This document shows positions 50,469-59,062 of a stretch of 64,000 bases of DNA, one piece after another. Source of the DNA: Vulcanimicrobiota bacterium (lineage in GTDB: Bacteria > Vulcanimicrobiota > Vulcanimicrobiia > Vulcanimicrobiales > Vulcanimicrobiaceae); assembly GCA_963795855.1 (NCBI GenBank), contig CAWCIZ010000004.1:64001-128000 (forward strand), read 5' to 3'. How positions within the stretch are numbered: the first letter of the stretch is position 1; each line of letters starts with the position of its first letter. Below the pieces are notes generated by a model that saw only the letters and a list, made by a program, of their open reading frames with translations, was not told the origin of the DNA and ran no database searches. The translations under genes and the position numbers were made by a program.

Positions 50469-51323
50469 GTGCGTCTCGGTGTGCACGTCCGCGTCGGCGC
50501 GGGCTACGCGGCTGCAATAGAGTACGCGAAGCGCGTCAAGTGCAGCGCCGTCCAAATTTTCTCCACGAATCCCCGAAGCTATCGCCCGTCTCCGATCAAC
50601 GCGCCCGCTCTCGAAGCGTTCAAAGCGTCGCGCGAGAATGCCGGCATCGATCCGTGCGTGATTCACACGCCGTACTTGATCAATCTCGCGAGCGACGATC
50701 CGAAGATTAGCGCCGGTTCGTTGAAGTTGCTCGAGAACGATTTGGCATCGGCCGCCGCCGGCGGAATGCGCTACGTCAACACGCACCTGGGCTCGTACGG
50801 TAAGCGCGATCGCCGAGAAGGGTTCGTCGCCGCCTGTCATTTGCTGGAACAGGCGTTGCAAGGCATTGCACCGGACGTGCATCTTATACTGGAAAACTCG
50901 GCCGGCGCCGGCGGGCTGTGCGGCGGCACGCTCGAAGAACTCGGCCGGTTCGTGAAGGCTTTGGATCATCCGCAGCTCGGCGTCTGTTTGGATACCGCGC
51001 ACGCGTGGGCCGCGGGATACGAAATCAACTCACAGCGCGGGGTCGACGACTTCCTGTATGAAGCGGCGGATCGGATTGGGCTCGACCGCGTGCACGTGTT
51101 CCACTTCAACGACACCGAAGTCCCGCTCGGCGGGAACCGCGACCGGCACCACCACATCGGCGAGGGGAACATCGGATTCGAGGGTTTTCGCGCTTTAGCC
51201 GCACGGCCTGAACTGCGGCAAAAAACGGCAATTTTGGAAACGCCCGGCGAAGAAGCGGACGACTTGCGGAACATGGAAACCATTCGCGCGATCTTCAAGG
51301 GCGCCGGTCACGAGGTCGATTGA
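50469..51323 (+). CDS. nfo: Endonuclease IV
   Basis: QIF..NP, H.PYLINLAS, LEN.AG, C.DTAH.WAAGY, H.ND, DRH..IG.G.IG, ILETP. Confidence 0.95.
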   Translation: MRLGVHVRVGAGYAAAIEYAKRVKCSAVQIFSTNPRSYRPSPINAPALEAFKASRENAGIDPCVIHTPYLINLASDDPKISAGSLKLLENDLASAAAGGMRYVNTHLGSYGKRDRREGFVAACHLLEQALQGIAPDVHLILENSAGAGGLCGGTLEELGRFVKALDHPQLGVCLDTAHAWAAGYEINSQRGVDDFLYEAADRIGLDRVHVFHFNDTEVPLGGNRDRHHHIGEGNIGFEGFRALAARPELRQKTAILETPGEEADDLRNMETIRAIFKGAGHEVD

Positions 51324-51329
51324 GGGCGG

Positions 51330-52370
51330 ATGATCGCGCACTTTGACGTCGATGCGTTCTACGCGAGCGTCGAGATTCGCGACAATCCGGAACTTCGCGG
51401 AAAACCCGTCGCGGTCGCCGGTTCCAGCCGGCGCGCGGTCGTACTCACCGCTTCATACGAGGCGCGGCCGTTCGGCGTAAAATCCGCGGTGCCGCTTTGG
51501 AGGGCGCTCGCGGCGTGCCCCCAGCTCGTCGTCGTGCCGCCGAACATGCAAAAGTATCGCGAGGTTTCGCGTGCGATCTTTGCGGTGTTCGAGCGGCGCG
51601 GCAATCCGGTGCAGGGCCTTTCGATGGACGAAGCATTCGTCGACTTGGGCAGCATAACGCTGCCCGATGCCGTACAGCTCGCGCAAACAATTCGCGGGGA
51701 GATTCTCGATACAGTCGGCCTGACGGTTAGCGCCGGCGTTGCGAGCGGAAAGATGGTCGCAAAAATCCTGTCGGATTCATGCAAGCCGAATGGGCTGCAA
51801 GCGCTTCCGCCCGGCGAAGAAGCCGCGTTTCTCGCCCCGCTTCCGGTCGGACGCCTATGGGGCGTTGGTCCGAAAACGCAGACGCGGCTGCTGGATCTCG
51901 GCATCACGACGATCGGCGACGTCGCCGCACTGAGCGACGACCGCGCGCGCGCGATTTTCGGATCGTGGGGATTGGAGTTGCGCGATTTGGCGTGCGGACT
52001 CGACCGGCGGCCGGTCGAACCGGAACGCGAAACTAAATCCATCTCGACGGAGGAAACGTTCGAATACGACGTTCGCGACGAACGGCGGCTGCGTGAAGTC
52101 TTGCGGGAGCAGGCGATAGAGCTTGCACGCAAACTCGAGCGCGAGGGCCTCTGCGCGTGCACGATCGGCATAAAAATAAAGCGGGCCGATTTCACGATCG
52201 TGGTGCGGCAGACCAATCTGGCGGAGCCGACTGCGCAAGCGCGACAAATTTTCATCGCCGCCGTGCATTGCCTGCGCCGCGCGGACCTGGGGCGCTACGC
52301 AGTTAGACTGCTCGGCACTCGCGTCGCATCGCTCGTCGTCGGGGAACCCAAACAGCAGACGCTGTTTTGA
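51330..52370 (+). CDS. dinB: DNA polymerase IV
   Basis: H.D.DAFYASVE, ASYEAR.FGV.SA, S.DEAF.D, AK..S...KPNG, GVG.KT, KSIS.E.TF, RLLG. Confidence 0.95.
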   Translation: MIAHFDVDAFYASVEIRDNPELRGKPVAVAGSSRRAVVLTASYEARPFGVKSAVPLWRALAACPQLVVVPPNMQKYREVSRAIFAVFERRGNPVQGLSMDEAFVDLGSITLPDAVQLAQTIRGEILDTVGLTVSAGVASGKMVAKILSDSCKPNGLQALPPGEEAAFLAPLPVGRLWGVGPKTQTRLLDLGITTIGDVAALSDDRARAIFGSWGLELRDLACGLDRRPVEPERETKSISTEETFEYDVRDERRLREVLREQAIELARKLEREGLCACTIGIKIKRADFTIVVRQTNLAEPTAQARQIFIAAVHCLRRADLGRYAVRLLGTRVASLVVGEPKQQTLF

Positions 52371-52383
52371 GAAACAACGATTT

Positions 52384-53349
52384 CTAAATATGATCCAGCG
52401 CCCATATGCCGTCGGCGGCGGTGCCGTGCTGCACGCACTGGACGAAGCGCGCTCCGCCGCGTGTAAGCGGCGCGATCATCCAAATCGCTTCGCTTCGCCT
52501 GCGGACTGCACCGCGCGGCAGGGCCCCGCGCACGGGCGCCGGAGGCAGCCATCCCGCGATTCTGCGTAAATCGCCGGCCGCGGCGCGCAGCAGACCGGGC
52601 AGCAGCTCGCGCGCGTGCTCGTCTCGCGCGGCCGCTTCGTCGACGACATAAGAGTCCTGCAACGGCTTACGCCTGCCGATGAGGTACGCCGCGATCGAAT
52701 TGCCGCGCCGCACCGCAAGATCCACCGGCTGACCCTGCGCCTGCGCGGCGAGATGCGTCATATGCGTGCGGATCCAATTCCACACGGCAGGCGTTCGCAC
52801 GAGGGCGCACCGGCGCTGCGACTCCATGGCATCGAAGCAGGCGCGAACGCGCGGCCAATCGCGTTCACCGATAGGCTGCGCGTCGATGCGCGACGCAGGA
52901 AGCGAGTCGGCGCGGAACGAGATCGTTCGCGACGGTAACTCGATGAAACCGATCTCTTTATAGAATTGCGGGTGGATGTCGGAGAATAAGAACGCAAAAT
53001 CGACCTTTGACGCGCGCGCATCGTCGAGCGCCATCGCGAGCATCGAACTCGCAAAGCCGCGGCCGCGGCGGTGCTCCGGAGTAAAGACGGCCCCGATGCC
53101 CATCGCGCGAAGGTGCTCGTTACCGGTTCGGGCCTCACGTTCGTATCGTTTGAAGCTCGCGAGAATCTCGCCGCCGTCCCACAAGCCGACCGTGCGATAC
53201 GATTTGCGCCCGTAGGTCGTGCCCGCGATAGCCGTCGTTTGCTCGCGGTACACGTTCAGCGGGCGGCCTCGGCCCCACAACGGTTCCGTAAGCGGCAAAA
53301 TCTGTTCGGCATACCGTTCGGGCGGAATATCTTGCAGATGCAGGCTCAT
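52384..53349 (-). CDS. GNAT acetyltransferase (Eis-like)
   Basis: GIGAVFT.PE.RGRG.AS; LFSDI.P.FY...GF. Confidence 0.85.
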   Translation of the reverse strand: MSLHLQDIPPERYAEQILPLTEPLWGRGRPLNVYREQTTAIAGTTYGRKSYRTVGLWDGGEILASFKRYEREARTGNEHLRAMGIGAVFTPEHRRGRGFASSMLAMALDDARASKVDFAFLFSDIHPQFYKEIGFIELPSRTISFRADSLPASRIDAQPIGERDWPRVRACFDAMESQRRCALVRTPAVWNWIRTHMTHLAAQAQGQPVDLAVRRGNSIAAYLIGRRKPLQDSYVVDEAAARDEHARELLPGLLRAAAGDLRRIAGWLPPAPVRGALPRGAVRRRSEAIWMIAPLTRGGARFVQCVQHGTAADGIWALDHI

Positions 53350-55520
53350 CCGCCGAAGACGGCGCGCGATGGTCGCCAGCGATCGGAAACGTCGACCGTT
53401 CCCGCCAGGCGCGCGGCTTGAAGTTCGGCGAGAAATTCCGGCGCGGTGACGCCTCGCGTCGCGCGCTCGCTGGCGGTCACGAGCGCGCTCTTTCTCGCGC
53501 GGCGCAGCGCGTACACGAATGCGCGGCGCTCTTCGCGGTTATACGCTTCCCGCGCCTTCGTGCGGAACATGTAGTACGTGAACTTCGCCGTGCGCGCCGC
53601 TCGGGCGTCGCCGACGTTTTCTTTCGCAATCATGCCCAAACTGGGACTGTAAAGAAACGCGTCCGGCGCGTACCAACGCGGGAAGGAACCGGCGCGCGCT
53701 CGCGGGATCACGACGTGATCGAATTCGCGTCCGCGCGCCGCGTCGATGCTGAGCATGCGCACCGAACCGGGACGCTCGTTCGTTTCCCGCGCTTCGAAGT
53801 CGCTCTCCATTCGGGCTTCGACGTGATCGAGAAATTCGGCAAGCGACGCCGACGGATGTGTGTCGACGAACCGCGTAATTCGTTCGTGCAGCCGCGCAAG
53901 CGTTTGCTGCTGGTATACGGCGCGCGCTGTTTCGGGCGTCCCCGCGATAGCCAGGCCTTCGCTCCAGACCAGCCGCGCGAGATCCGGCAAATCCATCCTG
54001 GCGAGCGCGCTGCGCCAGCGCTGAAGCCCCGCTCGCAAACGCCGTACGCGTTCGCGCGCGAGAGGCGAGAGTTGGTCGTCGCGCTCGCCGCGCAGAAAGT
54101 TCCAAGCCAAACGCAAATCCCGCTTTGCGTCCCACCGGCCCGATCTGGCTGCCTCATCGTCCGGCAGCTCCTCGAAGAGCATCGTCTGCGCATCGGGGGG
54201 CTCGCTGCACAACGCGTAGACGCTTGCGTCCGACAAAGCAACTGCCGGTCCGAAGAGGACGCGAAGCAGATACTCGTGACGGAACGGATCGTGCACGAGC
54301 CAGAGCAGCGCGAGCGCGTCGAGAGTCTCCGGTTCGCTGAAGACGTTCAGATCGCCGGCGACTTGCACGCGGACGTTTCGGTCGAGCAGAGCGTCACGAT
54401 ACGGCCGCACGTCGCGCACGGAGCGAAAAATCAGTGCAATCTCATCGTGCGGCACGCCCGCGGTCAGCAAATCGACCACGTGCTCCGCAATGTACTGCGC
54501 TTCTGCGCGCCGCGTGCTCGCGCGAAAGAGCGTAAGGCCGATTTGCGGATCGGTGCTGACCGGCGATGCGCCCGGCGTTCCCAGAAGGTGACGGCAAGCT
54601 ACGTCCACGGCGAAGGGACTGCGGTACTGTTCCTCCATGACGACGCGTTCGCCGGCAAGCGCGAACACGCGATCCGGGCGCGCGCCGCGGAATGTGGAGG
54701 CGGCGGACTCGGGATCGCCCGCAAGCGTCGCGCCGTCGAGATCTTTTCCGTACACCGCCTGCAGCAGCTGCAATTCTCCAAGCGTGAGTTCTTGGGCATC
54801 GTCGACGAATACCGCCGGAAACCGGTCCCGAATCGACCGCGCGATTTCGGGCGTATTCTCCAGAAGTTCCGCGGCCTGCGCGATGACGTCGCGCGGCGTG
54901 AGGCAGCCGTGGCGGACCGGATGTTCCAAATACGAGCGGTAGACTTTCTCCAGGATCTTCGCCAAGTCGATTTCGCGCCGGTACTGACGCTGCAGTTCCG
55001 GGCCGTCGACATGGAGCGAATCGCGGTGGTTCTCCTTGGTGTAATACAGGAGATCGGGATGTGCGAAGTTCGGCGGCTTGGCGTAGAATTGCGTCGCGCC
55101 GCGAAGCGCGCTTTCGAGAAACTGTTCCGGCGAGATGCGCGCGTCGCGCAACTTGCAAAACAGGCGGAACGCCGCGTCCAAAAACCGCTCCGGAGCGCGC
55201 AATCCGGGAATCTCCGGGTCCACTTCGGCTTGGATGATTTCCCGCCACTCGAGCGTGAGCAGCGGCTGCGCGGCTTCGGCGAAGAGTTTTGCGGCGCGCA
55301 CGTCGTCGATCTGCTCGGCGGCGGGCAGACATTCGAGCGCCAGCGCGTGCAGCTCACCCACGCGCGCATTCGGATGACGCACGTGCGCGCGAAGCACGTT
55401 CAAACCAGCTTCGGACACCGACGTTACGAGCACGGCGCCGTGCCGAGCGGCTTGGAGCGCCCGGCGCACCAATTCCGCCGTTTTTCCCGTTCCGGCCGCG
55501 CCGACGACGAACGTGCTCAC
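53346..55520 (-). CDS. UvrD/AdnA-like SF1 helicase module with degenerate motifs
   Basis: GAAGTGKT, VDDAQE, AGDP....TFRGA, YRS, ARG.EF, EERR....RRA; GTG start overlaps the upstream stop. Confidence 0.85.
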   Translation of the reverse strand: MSTFVVGAAGTGKTAELVRRALQAARHGAVLVTSVSEAGLNVLRAHVRHPNARVGELHALALECLPAAEQIDDVRAAKLFAEAAQPLLTLEWREIIQAEVDPEIPGLRAPERFLDAAFRLFCKLRDARISPEQFLESALRGATQFYAKPPNFAHPDLLYYTKENHRDSLHVDGPELQRQYRREIDLAKILEKVYRSYLEHPVRHGCLTPRDVIAQAAELLENTPEIARSIRDRFPAVFVDDAQELTLGELQLLQAVYGKDLDGATLAGDPESAASTFRGARPDRVFALAGERVVMEEQYRSPFAVDVACRHLLGTPGASPVSTDPQIGLTLFRASTRRAEAQYIAEHVVDLLTAGVPHDEIALIFRSVRDVRPYRDALLDRNVRVQVAGDLNVFSEPETLDALALLWLVHDPFRHEYLLRVLFGPAVALSDASVYALCSEPPDAQTMLFEELPDDEAARSGRWDAKRDLRLAWNFLRGERDDQLSPLARERVRRLRAGLQRWRSALARMDLPDLARLVWSEGLAIAGTPETARAVYQQQTLARLHERITRFVDTHPSASLAEFLDHVEARMESDFEARETNERPGSVRMLSIDAARGREFDHVVIPRARAGSFPRWYAPDAFLYSPSLGMIAKENVGDARAARTAKFTYYMFRTKAREAYNREERRAFVYALRRARKSALVTASERATRGVTAPEFLAELQAARLAGTVDVSDRWRPSRAVFGG

Positions 55521-56749
55521 CGGCCGAAGCGTTCCTCTTCCGGATAGGGGCGCGCAGCGCACGCGGTTTTGTACGCGCAGTAGCCGCACGCCGCCGGGTC
55601 GTCGGTCACGGGAAACGACGAAGTGCTTCCGGACGTGAGCTCGGCGCAAATTTCCAGCATGCGTTGCCGCGCGCGTTCGAGTTCGCCAATGGGAATGACT
55701 CCCGTCGGGCTTTGCGAGCGAGCGACCTCCGCGGCGACCGGAACGACTTCGAGCGCGACAGGGCGCACGTCGAGCAGCGCGTCTTTTAGAGGCACGAGCG
55801 CGAGCCGGGAAACGCGATCGCCCGCTTCGGTTCGCGCCCAGTAATAAAACGGCAGTTGAAAGTCCTTGAATTGCCGGACTTTCTCGCGATACTGCGCGGC
55901 CGTCGTAGCAATCGACCCAGTCTTGTAGTCGATCACGCTGACCGCTCCCGTGCGATCGTCGCGATCGAGCCGGTCGATGTAACCGATGAAGTCGTAGCCC
56001 TCCATCTGGAGCGCGGCGCTCATTTCGCAGCCGATGACCGTGAACGGCGCACGCTTCGCTTCGGCGACAAGCCACTGAACGTATTTGCGCGCCGTGCGTG
56101 TAGCGCGGCGACGCTGCAGCTCGTATTCGACCGGCGTTTCGAATGAATTGCGATGACGATCGAACGCGTTGTTGACGTATCCCTCCAGTTTGCGCGCGAG
56201 TTCGCGCGGATCCGCATTGGCAGGCTGGGGAAACTCGGCGTGCAGGGCTTCGAGCGCCGCATGGAACGCAGTTCCGTAGAAGGACGCGGACGAGCCGCGG
56301 TCTTCGATCGCGGCACACATATACCGGTAATACCATTTGCGCGGACACTCGACGTACGTGTTCAATTGCGACGCGCTGAAACGCGGGTTATTCGTTCGAA
56401 CGCCGGCGGCCGCTTCCGGCAGCACCGGCTCGACCAGCGCAAAATCACCGCTTTGCGGCGATCCTTCTTCGATTGCGGGAGCGTATTCGAAGGTGAAGTT
56501 CTTTTCGCGCAGCCGCCGCACGAATCCGAGCAGCGCTTCGCGCGCCTCCATGCCGCTCGAAATACGCTCCGCCGCGATGAGATCGAGTAAAGAACGCCGG
56601 CGAGCGGCGAGCGCGGCATATGCGCCGCCGGTCTCTTGCGGCACCCCCGAAAGCGGCGAGCGAAGCATCCGGGCGGCGTAGGCGTCGTCCTGCGAACGGC
56701 TCCACGCCGCCGCGGCCGCGAGAAAAGCGCGATGCTCCGCAGACTGCAC
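55517..56749 (-). CDS. RecB-family PD-(D/E)XK nuclease with four-Cys Fe-S staple
   Basis: FSASQL.TY..CP..W.Y, G..FH..LE, GYIDRLD, IDYKTG, QL..Y, CGYC....AC. Confidence 0.9.
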   Translation of the reverse strand: MQSAEHRAFLAAAAAWSRSQDDAYAARMLRSPLSGVPQETGGAYAALAARRRSLLDLIAAERISSGMEAREALLGFVRRLREKNFTFEYAPAIEEGSPQSGDFALVEPVLPEAAAGVRTNNPRFSASQLNTYVECPRKWYYRYMCAAIEDRGSSASFYGTAFHAALEALHAEFPQPANADPRELARKLEGYVNNAFDRHRNSFETPVEYELQRRRATRTARKYVQWLVAEAKRAPFTVIGCEMSAALQMEGYDFIGYIDRLDRDDRTGAVSVIDYKTGSIATTAAQYREKVRQFKDFQLPFYYWARTEAGDRVSRLALVPLKDALLDVRPVALEVVPVAAEVARSQSPTGVIPIGELERARQRMLEICAELTSGSTSSFPVTDDPAACGYCAYKTACAARPYPEEERFGR

Positions 56750-56808
56750 GAGAGAAGGTTGGGAAATCGATGGAGGCGACCCTGCCTTTTGCGTGTAAGG
56801 CCGCGGCT

Positions 56809-57363
56809 ATGCGACGGATCGTCATCGGTGTAAGTGGGGCGAGCGGCAGCATCTACGGCTACCGCGCGCTGGAAGCACTGCGCGAGAGCGGCTTGGAGAC
56901 GCACCTCGTCCTGAGCGAACAGGCATGCCGGACGATCGAACTGGAGACCAACAAGAGCGTTCGCGACTTCGAAGCGCTCGCGGACTACGTCCATCACGAC
57001 CGCGACTTGGCGGCGTCGGTTTCCAGCGGTTCGTTCATCACGGAAGGCATGCTGGTCATTCCGTGTTCGATCAAGAGCGCGTCCGCGATCGCGCACTCGA
57101 TGAATTCAAATCTGCTGGTGCGGGCGGCGGACGTCTGTTTGAAGGAGAGACGAAAACTCGTTCTGGTCGTCCGCGAAACACCGCTTCACGCGGGGCATTT
57201 GCGCATGCTCACGCAACTCGCGGAGATCGGCGCCGTTATCTTACCGCCGATGCCCGCGATGTACGCAAAACCGCGGAGCGTCGACGACATCGTGAATCAC
57301 ACGGTCGGCAAAGCGCTCGACCAGTTTGGAATCGAGCACAGCCTCTTCGCGCGCTGGGCCTAA
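56809..57363 (+). CDS. ubiX: Flavin prenyltransferase
   Basis: G.SGASG..YG, SSGSF, PCS, RAADV.LKERR.L.LV.RETP, PP.PA.Y..P. Confidence 0.95.
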   Translation: MRRIVIGVSGASGSIYGYRALEALRESGLETHLVLSEQACRTIELETNKSVRDFEALADYVHHDRDLAASVSSGSFITEGMLVIPCSIKSASAIAHSMNSNLLVRAADVCLKERRKLVLVVRETPLHAGHLRMLTQLAEIGAVILPPMPAMYAKPRSVDDIVNHTVGKALDQFGIEHSLFARWA

Positions 57364-57367
57364 GCCG

Positions 57368-58135
57368 TCACGCGTTTCGTTCTGAAAGAAGTGCCTCGGC
57401 GAGCCCGATGTCGCTAACGCGATCGACGTTGACGCCGATCTCCGCGAACGGCGAGATCACGGCGCGAACCGGCGCGCGGATCGCACGCGACGCGCGCTCT
57501 TCCGCCTGTTCGATCGAGAGGCGGCGCAGCGCAAAGCGCAGCAGCACGCCCGCGCCGAACAGGCGCGCCAGTTGCAGCGGATTCTTGCGCGCCCGACCCA
57601 GTTCTTCGATGAAGCGCTCGAGCGATGGAAACACGCGTGGACGGATCGTGACGAAGCCGGTACCGCAATACGTTCCGCCGCGAAGCGGCGCCCACGTGTG
57701 CGGAACTTGGGGGTATTTTGCCTCGTGAACGCGCTTTTCCAGGCACCCGTACGTGAGATCGGCGTCGGCATGAAAGGCGCGCGAAATGAAGTCCTCGACC
57801 GATTCTACGGTCAGCACCGGCAGATCCGACGTGCTGACGAGAACGTCTTCGTCCGGCGGTAAACCCGTCAGCCCGCTGCGCAGACTGTCGCGAATGCGCA
57901 CGCCGTCTGCGCGGCACTCATCTGCGGCGGCAAGCGCGGAAGAGCCGTGCATCTGCGGCGGCGCAACGGCGATGATGCGTCCGACTGAAGGCGATGCGCG
58001 CAGCGCGCGGAGGGTTCGTTCCACAAGCGTGACGCCGGCAATTTCGACGAACGCCTTGTTCGGAGCGCCGGGCGTGCGCGCCGCGAGCGCGTCGTGCGGA
58101 CCTCCGGCGAGCACCACCGCGCAAATGCGTTTCAT
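57368..58135 (-). CDS. MobA-like NTP transferase family protein
   Basis: AVVLAGG, KA...I.G..L, SL..GL, SDLP, DV/NVD at C-terminus. Confidence 0.8.
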   Translation of the reverse strand: MKRICAVVLAGGPHDALAARTPGAPNKAFVEIAGVTLVERTLRALRASPSVGRIIAVAPPQMHGSSALAAADECRADGVRIRDSLRSGLTGLPPDEDVLVSTSDLPVLTVESVEDFISRAFHADADLTYGCLEKRVHEAKYPQVPHTWAPLRGGTYCGTGFVTIRPRVFPSLERFIEELGRARKNPLQLARLFGAGVLLRFALRRLSIEQAEERASRAIRAPVRAVISPFAEIGVNVDRVSDIGLAEALLSERNA

Positions 58136-59004
58136 GCCGCGCTTCGCCAGGACGCGCCGTTCCAAAACGCGCAGCGGTACACGTCGTGCCCGTCCGGTAC
58201 ACGCAGCGCATCCGCGATCTCGCGCGCTTCTTCGCCGGTTTGCGCGAGAGCAAAGACGCAGGAACCCGAGCCGGTCAATTGCGGCCTCCGCGCGCCGGCG
58301 TCGCGGAGCGCGTCGAGCGCCGCGGCGATCTGCGGCGTAGCGTGCGCGAGCACGTCTTGAAAATCGTTTTGCAGCAGCGCAAGGACGCGCTCGAAATCCG
58401 CGCGCTGCAGCGCTTCCGCCGCCTGCAGGCTGACCGATTGGTTACGCGGTCGCGACGGCTTCGCAGCGGCGTCGATTTGCGAATATGCCCAAGCGGTGGA
58501 GACGCAAGCCTGCGGCTTGACCACGACCGCGTGCCATGGCGGGACCGGCCCGAGCGCGGTCACGCGTTCGCCGGTTCCCTCCACCAGTGCGGCGGTTTCC
58601 ACCAAGAAAAACGGTACGTCCGAGCCAAGCGAGCGCGCGACCTCGATATAATCGACGCACGAAACCGGTCCGAACGCACCGCGCTGCGCCGCGAGCAGGA
58701 CGGCAGCCGCATCGCTCGAGCCGCCGCCCATACCGGCGCCCATCGGAATCGCTTTACGCAGCGTTATCCGAAACCCGTGGATTTGCAGCGCTCGCATCGC
58801 GCGCTCGACGAGGTTGTTCTCTTGCAGCGAAGGCACGTCGCACTGGAAGGCGTCGGTATCCGATCGGTCGACGCGCAGTTCGTCGCAGAGATCGACCGGC
58901 ACCATGACGCTCCGCAGCGCGTGCAACCCGTCCGCACGCCGCTGCAGCACTTCGAGCGTGAGATTCAATTTGGCGCGGGCACGCAGCGTCTCGCCTGCTT
59001 TCAC
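58132..59004 (-). CDS. ispE: 4-diphosphocytidyl-2-C-methyl-D-erythritol kinase
   Basis: AKLNL.L, R.DG.H.L, K.IP.GAG.GGGSSDAA, LGSDVPFF, NDF, L.GSGS.VF. Confidence 0.95.
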   Translation of the reverse strand: MKAGETLRARAKLNLTLEVLQRRADGLHALRSVMVPVDLCDELRVDRSDTDAFQCDVPSLQENNLVERAMRALQIHGFRITLRKAIPMGAGMGGGSSDAAAVLLAAQRGAFGPVSCVDYIEVARSLGSDVPFFLVETAALVEGTGERVTALGPVPPWHAVVVKPQACVSTAWAYSQIDAAAKPSRPRNQSVSLQAAEALQRADFERVLALLQNDFQDVLAHATPQIAAALDALRDAGARRPQLTGSGSCVFALAQTGEEAREIADALRVPDGHDVYRCAFWNGASWRSAA

Positions 59005-59062
59005 GCGCCTGCGGTTGCTTGCGCGGGCGGGACATCCCTGCGCGGGGTCGTAGTGGAGGCGC

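Noticed and set aside
55521..56348. N-terminal 275 aa of the 1000-aa ORF 53346-56348
   Set aside because: Arg/Ala-rich off-frame read of the nuclease gene; helicase homology begins at GTG 55520
55517..56749. Cas4 / CRISPR adaptation gene
   Set aside because: Fe-S RecB fold is shared with AddB/AdnAB; no cas1, cas2 or array, and it is coupled to a UvrD-like gene
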